Positions 38,161-48,702 of a DNA stretch of 48,702 nt are shown one piece after another (position 1 is the first letter of the stretch; each line of letters starts with the position of its first letter). Under the pieces are notes generated by a model. It was not told the origin of the DNA and made no database searches. It was given only the letters and a program-made list of their open reading frames with translations. The translations under genes and the position numbers were made by a program. This DNA is from an uncultured Pseudomonadota bacterium (lineage in GTDB: Bacteria; Pseudomonadota; Alphaproteobacteria; UBA9219), in the NCBI GenBank assembly GCA_903824505.1, contig CAIJXG010000136.1:1-48702 (forward strand), written 5' to 3'.

Positions 38161-38212
38161 GTTAGGGCTTGGTTCCCATAAAATTTTACACCCTTCTCCC
38201 CTTTCCTCTTCT

Positions 38213-38965
38213 GTGATGAATTCCCCTCCCGTCATTATCCTTGTTGAACCGCAGCTTGTCGAAAATATCGGCATGACTGCGCGGGCGATGATGAATACCG
38301 GCCTGTCTGAGCTGCGCCTTGTTACGCCGCGCGATCCGTGGCCGCTGGGCGAAACGCATCGGGCGCGGATGGCGGCGGCCTCTTCGGGTGCGGATGAAAT
38401 TTTAGAAGGGGCGAGGCTTTTTCAAGATCTGGAATCCGCGCTGGCCGATTTGACTTATGTCTATGCCACGACTTCGCGTCCTCATGACATGGTCAACCGC
38501 ATCTTGACTCCACGCGCTGCCATTCCGGATATGTTGGCGCGCAGCGCTGCCGGACAAAAGACGGGGGTTTTGTTTGGCCGCGAACGCACGGGGCTTCTCA
38601 GCGACTATGTGGCGCTGGCTCATGCGCGAATCACCATTCCGATGAACCCCGCCTTTGCGTCCCTGAATCTGGCGCAAGCCGTTTTGCTGATCGGCTATGA
38701 ATGGTATCAGGCGCAGGATCAAACGCCCGATTCCGTGATTCATTGGGGCGATAGCGCACCCGCGACTCATGCCGAATATCTGAATTTCTTCCGTCGTCTG
38801 GAGTCCGCGCTTGACTCACACGGCTTTTTTCCGACAGAGGCGATGCGCCCTAGTATGCGGCGCAGTCTGCAAAATATGCTGCAACGCGCTGCCATGAGTG
38901 AGCAGGAAATCCGCACATGGCACGGTGTCTTGACAGCGCTTGCGGGCGGCGAAAAATCTCGTTAG
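38213..38965 (+). CDS. SpoU/TrmH-family RNA 2'-O-methyltransferase (TrmJ/LasT-like)
   Basis: [38 protein letters not shown] and [15 protein letters not shown] are present over 250 aa. Confidence 0.85.
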   Translation: MMNSPPVIILVEPQLVENIGMTARAMMNTGLSELRLVTPRDPWPLGETHRARMAAASSGADEILEGARLFQDLESALADLTYVYATTSRPHDMVNRILTPRAAIPDMLARSAAGQKTGVLFGRERTGLLSDYVALAHARITIPMNPAFASLNLAQAVLLIGYEWYQAQDQTPDSVIHWGDSAPATHAEYLNFFRRLESALDSHGFFPTEAMRPSMRRSLQNMLQRAAMSEQEIRTWHGVLTALAGGEKSR

Positions 38966-38992
38966 ACCGCTGCGCTTTTCCTCACAAGTTTC

Positions 38993-39022
38993 TTTACAAG
39001 CGCCCTCGCGGGGCGGTATAAG
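38993..39022 (+). promoter_or_regulatory. Candidate sigma-70 promoter upstream of rpoZ
   Basis: TTTACA, an 18-nt spacer and TATAAG lie about 55 nt upstream of the rpoZ ATG. Confidence 0.4.
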
Positions 39023-39077
39023 GGTCACCTTTCCGCGCCGCTGGGTGCGGAGGCTTTTCTTTTTTGTGAGGATGTTT

Positions 39078-39476
39078 ATGGCGCGCGTGACCGTCGAAGA
39101 CTGCATTGTGCAGGTTCCCAACCGTTTTGAGCTTGTCATGCTCGCGGCGCATCGCGCGCGCGGTATCGGATCGGGCGCGGAGCTTCAGGTCGAACGGGAT
39201 CGCGATAAAAACCCCGTGGTTGCTTTGCGCGAAATCGCGGAAACAAAACTTGATCTGTGCGGCGTCGAGGATTCTTTGATCAAGAGCCTGCAAAAGCGGA
39301 TCGAGCCGGATCAGCCCACCGAGGAAGTCTCTGAACTGATGGCGGGTGAGCAGCAGAATTGGATCAACGCTATGGGCGATGTCGGCGCAAGCGAAGAGCC
39401 GGATGAGGCCGAGGATCTTGATGAGGGCGAAGAAGAATCCGCCGAAGGAGATCCGGAATCCGAGGTCTCGGCTTAA
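39078..39476 (+). CDS. rpoZ: DNA-directed RNA polymerase omega subunit
   Basis: [28 protein letters not shown] identifies RpoZ, and the C-terminal tail is acidic. Confidence 0.95.
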   Translation: MARVTVEDCIVQVPNRFELVMLAAHRARGIGSGAELQVERDRDKNPVVALREIAETKLDLCGVEDSLIKSLQKRIEPDQPTEEVSELMAGEQQNWINAMGDVGASEEPDEAEDLDEGEEESAEGDPESEVSA

Positions 39477-39492
39477 GCGCGTCGAAGCCCCC

Positions 39493-42414
<2,922 letters not shown>

Positions 42415-42438
42415 TCTTTCGGGCGTGAGACAGAAAAC

Positions 42439-42466
42439 GGGAGGCCTTGCGCCTCCCTTTTTTTTT
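42439..42466 (+). terminator. Rho-independent terminator of rpsD
   Basis: A GGGAGGC/GCCTCCC stem is followed by T9. Confidence 0.85.
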
Positions 42467-42482
42467 AAGCCTACAAGGCGGC

Positions 42483-42606
42483 GGGAAGAGCGGTAGAATT
42501 CCCGCCCCCTTGCGGGGCTTGACGCACAGCGTCGAGGCCAGCAGGCTGGTGGGAGGGAATTCTGCCGCTCTTCGGCACGTTGGTTTCCTCCCACTTTTTT
42601 AGAATT
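42483..42606 (-). repeat. Complete repeat family A element in inverted orientation
   Basis: GGGAAGAGCGGTAGAATT (42483-42500) and AATTCTGCCGCTCTTC (42558-42573) flank a core whose GGGCTTGACGCACAGCGTCGAGGCC is the reverse complement of the 37926-37980 core. A degenerate ...CCACTTTTTTAGAATTC module follows. Confidence 0.85.
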
Positions 42607-42649
42607 CTTCATGGGTTACAGAAAACACACACAAAACAACCTGACAAAG

Positions 42650-42658
42650 CCCCCCCCC
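42650..42658. repeat. C9 homopolymer upstream of the SLT-Tlde1 gene
   Basis: I counted this directly in the sequence. It lies 160 nt upstream of the ATG at 42818. Confidence 0.9.
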
Positions 42659-42817
42659 TTTTTTGCGTGGCTGAACCCCACCCCCGCGCATTAATGTGTT
42701 TTTAAACAAGATCCTAACAATTTTAGACGAAAGCATTAAGATTGTCTTCCAAATCCCCTCCCTTTGTGATAGGGTGAGAGTGTAGGTTTCTGCCTTTACT
42801 ATACAGGGAGGTTTGAG

Positions 42818-44689
42818 ATGACATATGTAAGAACAAATGATGCTTCAACTGGCGGACCAGCCTTTGAGTCGGGGGCTGATTCAGTTAACGGGGAGTCCCG
42901 AATTGCTGGTGGCTCTGTTGCGGCTGCGGATCGGCCTGATGATAGCAATCATATTGGGCCCGTTGTGGTCAATCAAGAAGACCCTAAACCGTCAGCGACT
43001 CTTCTCGATTCCACCTCCGCGATTGATTTGCAGAATTACGTCTCTTCTGGGCAAAGCCAAAAAGAAGAAGAGCAACGCGAGGCCAAATACGACAACGATA
43101 CCCTGTTGGCTGCGGCTTATTATATGCGCGCCCAGCTGCTTGTGGAAGCATATCGTACAGGTCGTCACAATTCAGAATTTAGGGACAACTGGAATAAACA
43201 GGGTTTTCTGCCCGGGGTTAGTATTGGTGATGGCCGGTCCACAGGGCCAATAGGTGTTCCTTCGGCTGAGGTTATGGATGCCATCCTTAATGCTGCAGAT
43301 GCGGCCGGGGTTAATGCGTCTGAATTATTAGCAATGGCTTTCAGGGAAAGTTCTTTCAATCCAGATGCACACGCTCGCGATAGCTCTGCCTTGGGGCTTT
43401 TTCAGTTCATTGATGGTACGTTTCTTGAGCAAGTTTATAAACACGGGCGCGAAGCTGGTATAGACTCCCGTTATGTGGAAGCGGTTCAGCGCGACTCAAA
43501 GGGGGAATATCAAGTAACTGGTGGTTTAAGACAAGAAGTTCTTAATTTGCGCAGGAATATAACTATTTCCGCAAATCTTGGAGCTTTGTTTGCCAAGGAT
43601 AATCTGGCAGCAATCGAGAGCCGTTTCGGTGAAGAGGCTGTCACTGGCAGAATGTATGAACCTCATTTTTTGGGACAGGGTGGCGCCGCAGGTTTGCTCT
43701 CAGCACTTCAAACAAATCCGAATGGGCCTGCTGCTACTATTCTTCCAAAAGCGGCAAGCGTTGGAACGAACCACAGTCTTTTCTATAAACCAGATGGGAC
43801 CCCTTATACTGTTCAAGAGCTTGACCAGAAGCTTATCAACGTGACCGCATCGGCGGCGGGCCGTTATGACAAGATGGTTGCGGCTGCACGGGGACAAGGG
43901 AGTGAAACGGCGGGGCCAACAAAAGCTGCTGAATTCCCTGCGGCGTCACCTGAATTCTCTTCTGGCGGGTCGTTGGATCCTCATGTGGCGACTTATGTTA
44001 TAGAGACGGGTAAGCTTTATTTTCAAGGACAAGTCTTCACCATAGGTTCTGGTTATGGAGACAAGCATAATGATCCGTTGAGTCAGAATGAAAAACATGG
44101 TGTGACTCCGACGGGGGTCTATCTTTTGGGGGGGTATGATCCTAAACATTCTGTTCACATGAAAAATAATTCATGGATAACAATTCCCGTTTTACATATG
44201 ACGGCGATAACTCCATGGAACACACCCAATAGAGATGCCCCTTCCTTTCTTTTTCACGCAGCAAATAGTCCGAATGATCAGAGCCAAGGGTGTCCGGTTG
44301 TTTCACCAGAGGATGCGCGGACTCTTTTTGGTTTATACCATGCCGGACAATTGACAACGATGAATGTTGTTGCAACGGAAGAAGATCGGTTCTCTCCCAC
44401 TAATATGGCGTCAAATTCTAAAGAGAGAAGAAACGGTAATACCGTTTCTTCTGGCAGGGTTCAGGCAGACAACGCTGCTGCTCAATTCATGGAAGGGGTT
44501 AAAAACGATCTGAATACAGGTGCAGCGGCTGCTCTTCTTGCCCAAAAGCCTCAACCTTCTGAGACGCTTTTTGGATTGAAGGCGGATATGGCCTCGACAC
44601 CAAACAAAATCACCGACACAGCCACTAAGCCCCGATCTCTGGCTGCTTTGGCTTTTAAGCCCATCAAAGAGCCTGCCGCAGCTCTTTAA
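42818..44689 (+). CDS. Two-domain peptidoglycan-active effector-like protein: SLT lytic transglycosylase domain plus Tlde1/DUF2778-like L,D-transpeptidase-fold domain
   Basis: The RBS GGGAGG is present. There is no signal peptide and the N-terminus is hydrophilic and disordered. SLT motifs are AMAFRESSFNP, SSALGLFQFIDGTF and YEPHFLGQGGA. The C-terminal part has GSGYGDKHNDPLSQNEKHGVTPTGVYLLG and FLFHAANSPNDQSQGCPVV (the H...S.GC catalytic signature). The island is AT-richer. Confidence 0.75.
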   Translation: MTYVRTNDASTGGPAFESGADSVNGESRIAGGSVAAADRPDDSNHIGPVVVNQEDPKPSATLLDSTSAIDLQNYVSSGQSQKEEEQREAKYDNDTLLAAAYYMRAQLLVEAYRTGRHNSEFRDNWNKQGFLPGVSIGDGRSTGPIGVPSAEVMDAILNAADAAGVNASELLAMAFRESSFNPDAHARDSSALGLFQFIDGTFLEQVYKHGREAGIDSRYVEAVQRDSKGEYQVTGGLRQEVLNLRRNITISANLGALFAKDNLAAIESRFGEEAVTGRMYEPHFLGQGGAAGLLSALQTNPNGPAATILPKAASVGTNHSLFYKPDGTPYTVQELDQKLINVTASAAGRYDKMVAAARGQGSETAGPTKAAEFPAASPEFSSGGSLDPHVATYVIETGKLYFQGQVFTIGSGYGDKHNDPLSQNEKHGVTPTGVYLLGGYDPKHSVHMKNNSWITIPVLHMTAITPWNTPNRDAPSFLFHAANSPNDQSQGCPVVSPEDARTLFGLYHAGQLTTMNVVATEEDRFSPTNMASNSKERRNGNTVSSGRVQADNAAAQFMEGVKNDLNTGAAAALLAQKPQPSETLFGLKADMASTPNKITDTATKPRSLAALAFKPIKEPAAAL

Positions 44690-45567
44690 CCACTAAGCGC
44701 TCCGGCATCGATTCCTGCTTCGGCGGCGATGGCTTCGTCGATGAAGCGGCTGTCGAGGGCACCAGATACGCCGCTTTTGACCATGCGGGCGCAGGCGTGG
44801 TCCAGCGCGAGGATGGACTTATCCGGATTGTTGCGGTTGCGGATAAAGCGGTCCGCGAGGCGGGTGATTCGCACGCAGGCGTCGCGGGGAATCTCGATCC
44901 CATAATGTTTTTCAAAATTCTTTTTCATATTCATCAGGATGTTGATGGTCATGGGCACATCCGGCGTGGCGACATGGATCTTTTGAAAACGGCGGTCGAT
45001 GGCGGGTTCAACGGTGACATAATCTTCGTATTCCTCGCGCGTTGTGGCGCCGATAATGTACAAATCCCCCGCCGTCAGGTAGGGCTTCATCAAATCCGCG
45101 ATCCCCGCATAGCTTGACGCTTTGAACGCGATCATCAATTGATGGATTTCATCGATGCAGAAGATGATCGGCGGCTGTGTGCGAGTCGCGTTACGCTCGG
45201 CCGCGCCTTTCAGCAAAGGGATGAGCCGCCCTTCCAGATCGCTGCGCGAGTTGGATCCCGCCCCGATCATGGACATTTCCAGCTCAATCAGCCGCGCGCC
45301 TTTCAGCATGGGGGGCACTTTATCGTCGACGATCCATTGAGCCAGACCGACGAAAAGGGCAGTTTTCCCGACCCCCGCGCCTGCCAACAGCATGATGTTT
45401 TTGCGTAAACGCTGCAAAAGGATCAGGGTCATTTGATCCAGCTCGACATCCCGTCCTGTGACGGGGTCGAATTTCCCTGTCCGCGCTTGCGCCGTAAAAT
45501 CGCGGGTATAGCGAGCCAGAAGCGGCTCGAACTCGGCATCGGAAATGACAAAAGGCGGAAGGGACAT
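44686..45567 (-). CDS. Clp/Hsp100-type AAA+ D1-module-only protein (possibly a gene fragment)
   Basis: The sequence aligns by eye with ClpA/ClpB D1: DPVTGRDVELDQ, Walker A GAGVGKT, GLAQWIV, Walker B IIFCIDEIH, GATT, DRRFQK and NNPDKSILALD. The N-domain and D2 are absent, and there is no obvious SD before the ATG. Confidence 0.65.
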   Translation of the reverse strand: MSLPPFVISDAEFEPLLARYTRDFTAQARTGKFDPVTGRDVELDQMTLILLQRLRKNIMLLAGAGVGKTALFVGLAQWIVDDKVPPMLKGARLIELEMSMIGAGSNSRSDLEGRLIPLLKGAAERNATRTQPPIIFCIDEIHQLMIAFKASSYAGIADLMKPYLTAGDLYIIGATTREEYEDYVTVEPAIDRRFQKIHVATPDVPMTINILMNMKKNFEKHYGIEIPRDACVRITRLADRFIRNRNNPDKSILALDHACARMVKSGVSGALDSRFIDEAIAAEAGIDAGALSG

Positions 45568-45676
45568 GGGGCGGGGCGTCAGATAGAGGGCGGAAAGAAA
45601 CCAGCTCCGATTCTATACTCCTCCGCGCCCCCAGCAAGGAAAAAGAGGGGAAAAGACTCTACGTGCCGCTCCACAG

Positions 45677-45707
45677 TATACTTGGGTTTCTTCGGAACTC
45701 CTTAAGG
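45677..45707. repeat. TATACTTGGG...hairpin repeat (family B-related)
   Basis: TATACTTGGGTTTCTTCGGAACTCCTTAAGG is near-identical to 15350-15379. It lies between the rne stop and the AAA+ ORF start. Confidence 0.75.
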
Positions 45708-45721
45708 ATTTCTTTCCGCCT

Positions 45722-48217
45722 CTACTGTCCTGTCAGGCGGCGCCACCAGCCGCCTTTGGGCTTGTCCGTTTCGGGGTTTGTAACCTCGTAAGGGGAGGGC
45801 GGGGGCGCGGCCGAGACAGAGGCCGGACGCGGATCGCGGGGCGTTGTATCCAGATCGTGAATGCTTATGGGGAGGGCAGGCGCGGCCGTCGTATAGTTGC
45901 TATGCGGCTGTTCGATGATAAGCGGTGGGCGCGGCGCGGCCGGCGCTAAGCGCGGATCCGCAGGTTCTCCGTTCCCGTTCCGTTCGCTTGTCCCGCTTCG
46001 GCGGCCACGGCCTCCTCGACGGCCCCTACGGCGGCCAGCAGGCCTCCCGTCGCCGGGTACGTCTGCCGCAGAATCGCTTTCTTCTTCTGGGCTGTTTTTG
46101 TCAGATTCGCAATGGGAGTCGCCAGTTTCTATCTTGCCGGAAAGGGATTGATCCGGTCGCGCGTCCCTTGGAGTCGCTGTATCGCGCGGATCGTCCCGAC
46201 CTCCACGGCCAAAGCGGCCTCTCCGACGGGGGGGGCGTTCGCCCCCTTGTCCCGTTCCTTCTTCGCGGCGCGCCGAATCGTTGCGCGGCGCGGGGGCTTC
46301 TTCTTCGGCTTGAGGAAGGGCGATGTCTGAAATTTCGGCCCGTTCTTGGGCGCGTTGGGCTGAGGAAATGGCCAGAATCTGATCGCTGTCCACAGCCGCG
46401 CGGCTCCGTGGATCGACGGAAGCCCCCCGCACCCGTTCCAAACGACAGTCCGGTGCGACAAGCGTATCGTCGCTATGCAGCAAGACTTGCAGGCCATAGC
46501 GGCCTTCAATCTCGTGCAACGCGCCGCGTTTTTGATTCAGGATATAAAGGGCCACCTTGGTCGGCAGATGCAACACCATCTCGCCGCCCGGCTGACGGAT
46601 GCCGTCTTCTTCGATCATGCGCAGGATCGAAATCGCGGCTGAATCCACCGAGCGAATCATGCCGACACCCGCGCAATGGGGGCAGTGTTCAAAATTGATT
46701 TCAGTCAGGCTTGGATGCAGGCGCTGGCGCGACAATTCCAACAGACCAAAGGGCGAGATTCGCCCGATCTGCAGCCGTGCGCGGTCCGCTTTCATTGATT
46801 CTTTTAGGCGCCGTTCGACGGCGGCGTTGTTCCGCCCGTCTTCCATGTCGATAAAGTCGATGACGACCAATCCGGCGAGATCCCGCAAGCGCAGTTGTCG
46901 CGCGACTTCTTCGGCGGCTTCCAGATTGGTCTTCAGCGCCGTGCTTTCGATATGCCGTTCTCTGGTCGCACGACCCGAATTTACGTCGATCGACACCAAC
47001 GCTTCGGTCGGGTTTATAACAATATATCCGCCCGAGCGCAGTTGAACGACAGGGTTGTAAAGCTGATCGATCTGTTTTTCGACATTATGGCGGAAGAACA
47101 GGGGCACGGGATCTTCGTACAGCTTCACCTTGCTTTGATCTTCGGGCATGATCGAGCGCATGAATTCGCTGGCCAGCAGATAGCCCGCCTGTCCCGCGAC
47201 CGTGATTTCTTCGACATCCGCCGCGTGCAAATCACGGATCGAGCGTTTGATCAGATTCGCTTCTTCATAAATCAGCGCCGGCGCGCTTGACGCCAGTGTT
47301 TGTTCGCGAATCGTGTTCCATAAACGAAGCAAATGTTCCAAGTCGCGTTGAATTTCGGGGGGGGCTTGCTCCATACCCGCCGTGCGCAAAATGACCGCCA
47401 TGCCTTCGGGCGTTTCAAGCTGATCAAGGATGTCCTTCATCCGCTTGCGGTCTTGATGACTGGTGATCTTACGCGAGACTCCACCGCCGCGATCTGTGTT
47501 CGGCATTAATACGCAATAGCGTCCGGCCAAAGACAGAAAGGTCGTCAGAGCAGCGCCTTTATTGCCGCGCTCTTCCTTGACCACCTGCACCAGCATGACT
47601 TGGCGGCGTTTGACAACTTCTTGAATGCGGTAGTCGGGACGGCGTTGACGGTGGAAATGCTCCTCTGTTTCCTCATCCACGCTTTCGCCGCCTATAGTTT
47701 CGATGGGCTGCGGCGCAAAAGACGGCTCCACAATGGCCGCGCCGAAATCGGTAATGAGGCCCAACTCATCCGCCGGATTTTCGTACGCAAAAGCGGGGAC
47801 CGCGCTCTCGGGAGGTGCGGAAGGCGAGGCCAGCAGAATAGGGGGGGGATCTTCCGGCGAGAGTGGCAGCTCTTCGGTGTGGGCGAATGGCGGCTCCACT
47901 CGGGGCAGGGGGGTGGAAGTTGGGATTGAATCGTCTTCTCCCTCCTCCTCGTCCGGTGCCCGATCCGACATGGGGATTCGGAAATAATCCGGATGAATTT
48001 CGGTGAAAGACAGGAAGCCGTGGCGATTGCCGCCATATTCCACAAAGGCAGCCTGAAGCGAGGGTTCGATTCGCACGACCCGCGCCAGATAGATGTTGCC
48101 TTTAAGCTGCTTCTTACTGGCGCTTTCGAAGTCGAAATCTTCCAGCCTGTTCTTGTCAACGATGGCTACGCGGGTCTCTTCAGGATGCGTGGCATCCACC
48201 AACATGCGCTTTGTCAT
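45722..48217 (-). CDS. rne: Ribonuclease E
   Basis: MLVDATHPEETRVAIVD...NIYLARVVRIEPSLQAAFVEYG (S1 domain), then an acidic/Pro-rich ~120-aa insertion, then the catalytic core (LVSIDVNSG, VVIDFIDM and the Zn-link CPHCAG). The C-terminal tail is Arg/Pro-rich. Confidence 0.95.
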   Translation of the reverse strand: MTKRMLVDATHPEETRVAIVDKNRLEDFDFESASKKQLKGNIYLARVVRIEPSLQAAFVEYGGNRHGFLSFTEIHPDYFRIPMSDRAPDEEEGEDDSIPTSTPLPRVEPPFAHTEELPLSPEDPPPILLASPSAPPESAVPAFAYENPADELGLITDFGAAIVEPSFAPQPIETIGGESVDEETEEHFHRQRRPDYRIQEVVKRRQVMLVQVVKEERGNKGAALTTFLSLAGRYCVLMPNTDRGGGVSRKITSHQDRKRMKDILDQLETPEGMAVILRTAGMEQAPPEIQRDLEHLLRLWNTIREQTLASSAPALIYEEANLIKRSIRDLHAADVEEITVAGQAGYLLASEFMRSIMPEDQSKVKLYEDPVPLFFRHNVEKQIDQLYNPVVQLRSGGYIVINPTEALVSIDVNSGRATRERHIESTALKTNLEAAEEVARQLRLRDLAGLVVIDFIDMEDGRNNAAVERRLKESMKADRARLQIGRISPFGLLELSRQRLHPSLTEINFEHCPHCAGVGMIRSVDSAAISILRMIEEDGIRQPGGEMVLHLPTKVALYILNQKRGALHEIEGRYGLQVLLHSDDTLVAPDCRLERVRGASVDPRSRAAVDSDQILAISSAQRAQERAEISDIALPQAEEEAPAPRNDSARREEGTGQGGERPPRRRGRFGRGGRDDPRDTATPRDARPDQSLSGKIETGDSHCESDKNSPEEESDSAADVPGDGRPAGRRRGRRGGRGRRSGTSERNGNGEPADPRLAPAAPRPPLIIEQPHSNYTTAAPALPISIHDLDTTPRDPRPASVSAAPPPSPYEVTNPETDKPKGGWWRRLTGQ

Positions 48218-48500
48218 TCTCTTCTCCCGCCGATCCGCAGCCGCATGGGGTGAGATCGAACCCCGCAGGCGCCGAAACCAGCAAACTGGTTAACATCATG
48301 CCGCGCCCCTCCGCGCAGAGGGAACCGGCCGCTTCTCGTTTTTCGCGTTCCATCGGCAAGGCCGATCAGAACAAAACGAAAACAAATAGGGCGAGCAGAG
48401 ACAATCCTTTGATTTCCCTGCCTTTGCCTTTCCATGCCCGTCAAACAGACGCGCTGGAAAACCGAGACAATCGAATCATAGCCACAAAAGCCGTTTCAAG
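48218..48500 (-). promoter_or_regulatory. Long structured 5' leader of rne (putative autoregulatory UTR)
   Basis: More than 280 nt upstream of rne is non-coding and contains several GC-rich hairpins, for example GGGGT...ACCCC near 48245-48265. The autoregulatory role is an analogy to the E. coli rne leader, so this is an inference. Confidence 0.4.
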
Positions 48501-48563
48501 CAAACTGTTTTAACGGTTTATTTTTCATTGCATTCTTGCTGCCCTTCGGAAAAGCCGCCAGAT

Positions 48564-48626
48564 ATACTCGGTTTCCTTGGAAAGCGGAAAGGATGCTCCC
48601 CCGTGCCAGCAATTCTAAAAGTAGGG
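48564..48626. repeat. Composite repeat: a family B arm followed by a family A AATTCTAAAAGTA module
   Basis: TATACTCGGTTTCCTTGGAAAGCGGAAAGGAT matches the reverse complement of 38129-38160. GCCAGCAATTCTAAAAGTAGGG matches 37871-37890. Confidence 0.8.
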
Positions 48627-48702
48627 TGATGGAGGGTTTAGCATGAGGTTGTTTGGATTTTAAGGAGGTTATCTGGGATTTTGAAGGTCGTGAGGGTGAG
48701 GA

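Noticed and set aside
48240-48275. A GGGGTTCGATC-type sequence on the minus strand that resembles a tRNA T-arm.
   Set aside because: The loop would be 8 nt, and no acceptor, D or anticodon arms can be drawn. It lies in the rne 5' leader and is more likely a leader hairpin.

Overview
This is an alphaproteobacterial-type chromosomal segment, judged from the ribosomal-protein sequences, an RNase E with a large insertion in the S1 region, and a separate rpsD. It is dominated by housekeeping and translation genes: plsX-fabH, rpsM-rpsK-rpoA-rplQ (5.6-8.3 kb), rpsO, rpmI-rplT, an Slt70-like transglycosylase, lgt, purC-purS, rpoZ, ribE, guaB, rpsD and rne. It also holds a contiguous str/S10/spc cluster running rpsL-rpsG-fusA-tuf-rpsJ...rplO (23.3-37.8 kb).

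The accessory content is the interesting part.

(1) Several islands look AT-richer by eye (G+C not computed) and carry orphan or effector-like genes:
- A 623-aa protein without a signal peptide that fuses an SLT lytic-transglycosylase domain to a Tlde1/DUF2778-like L,D-transpeptidase-fold domain (42.8-44.7 kb).
- A tandem pair of Cys-rich proteins with signal peptides (18.5-20.5 kb).
- A small ORF wedged between rpsL and rpsG and split by a G9 tract.
- An APH-family kinase, and an orphan 171-aa ORF.

(2) Four gene remnants point to reductive evolution:
- ccmF with an in-frame internal deletion.
- A clpB C-terminal stub.
- A DinJ/RelB antitoxin with an in-frame stop.
- A Clp-type ORF containing only the D1 AAA+ module.

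(3) At least three families of short dispersed MITE/REP-like repeats sit at operon breakpoints, and some lie inside ribosomal-protein operons.

(4) G/C homopolymer tracts of 9-10 nt sit at three of the accessory loci.

The canonical rplO-secY-adk-rpsM linkage is broken at a repeat cluster. No rRNA, tRNA or CRISPR array was found. All homology calls come from motif recognition by eye and need database confirmation.
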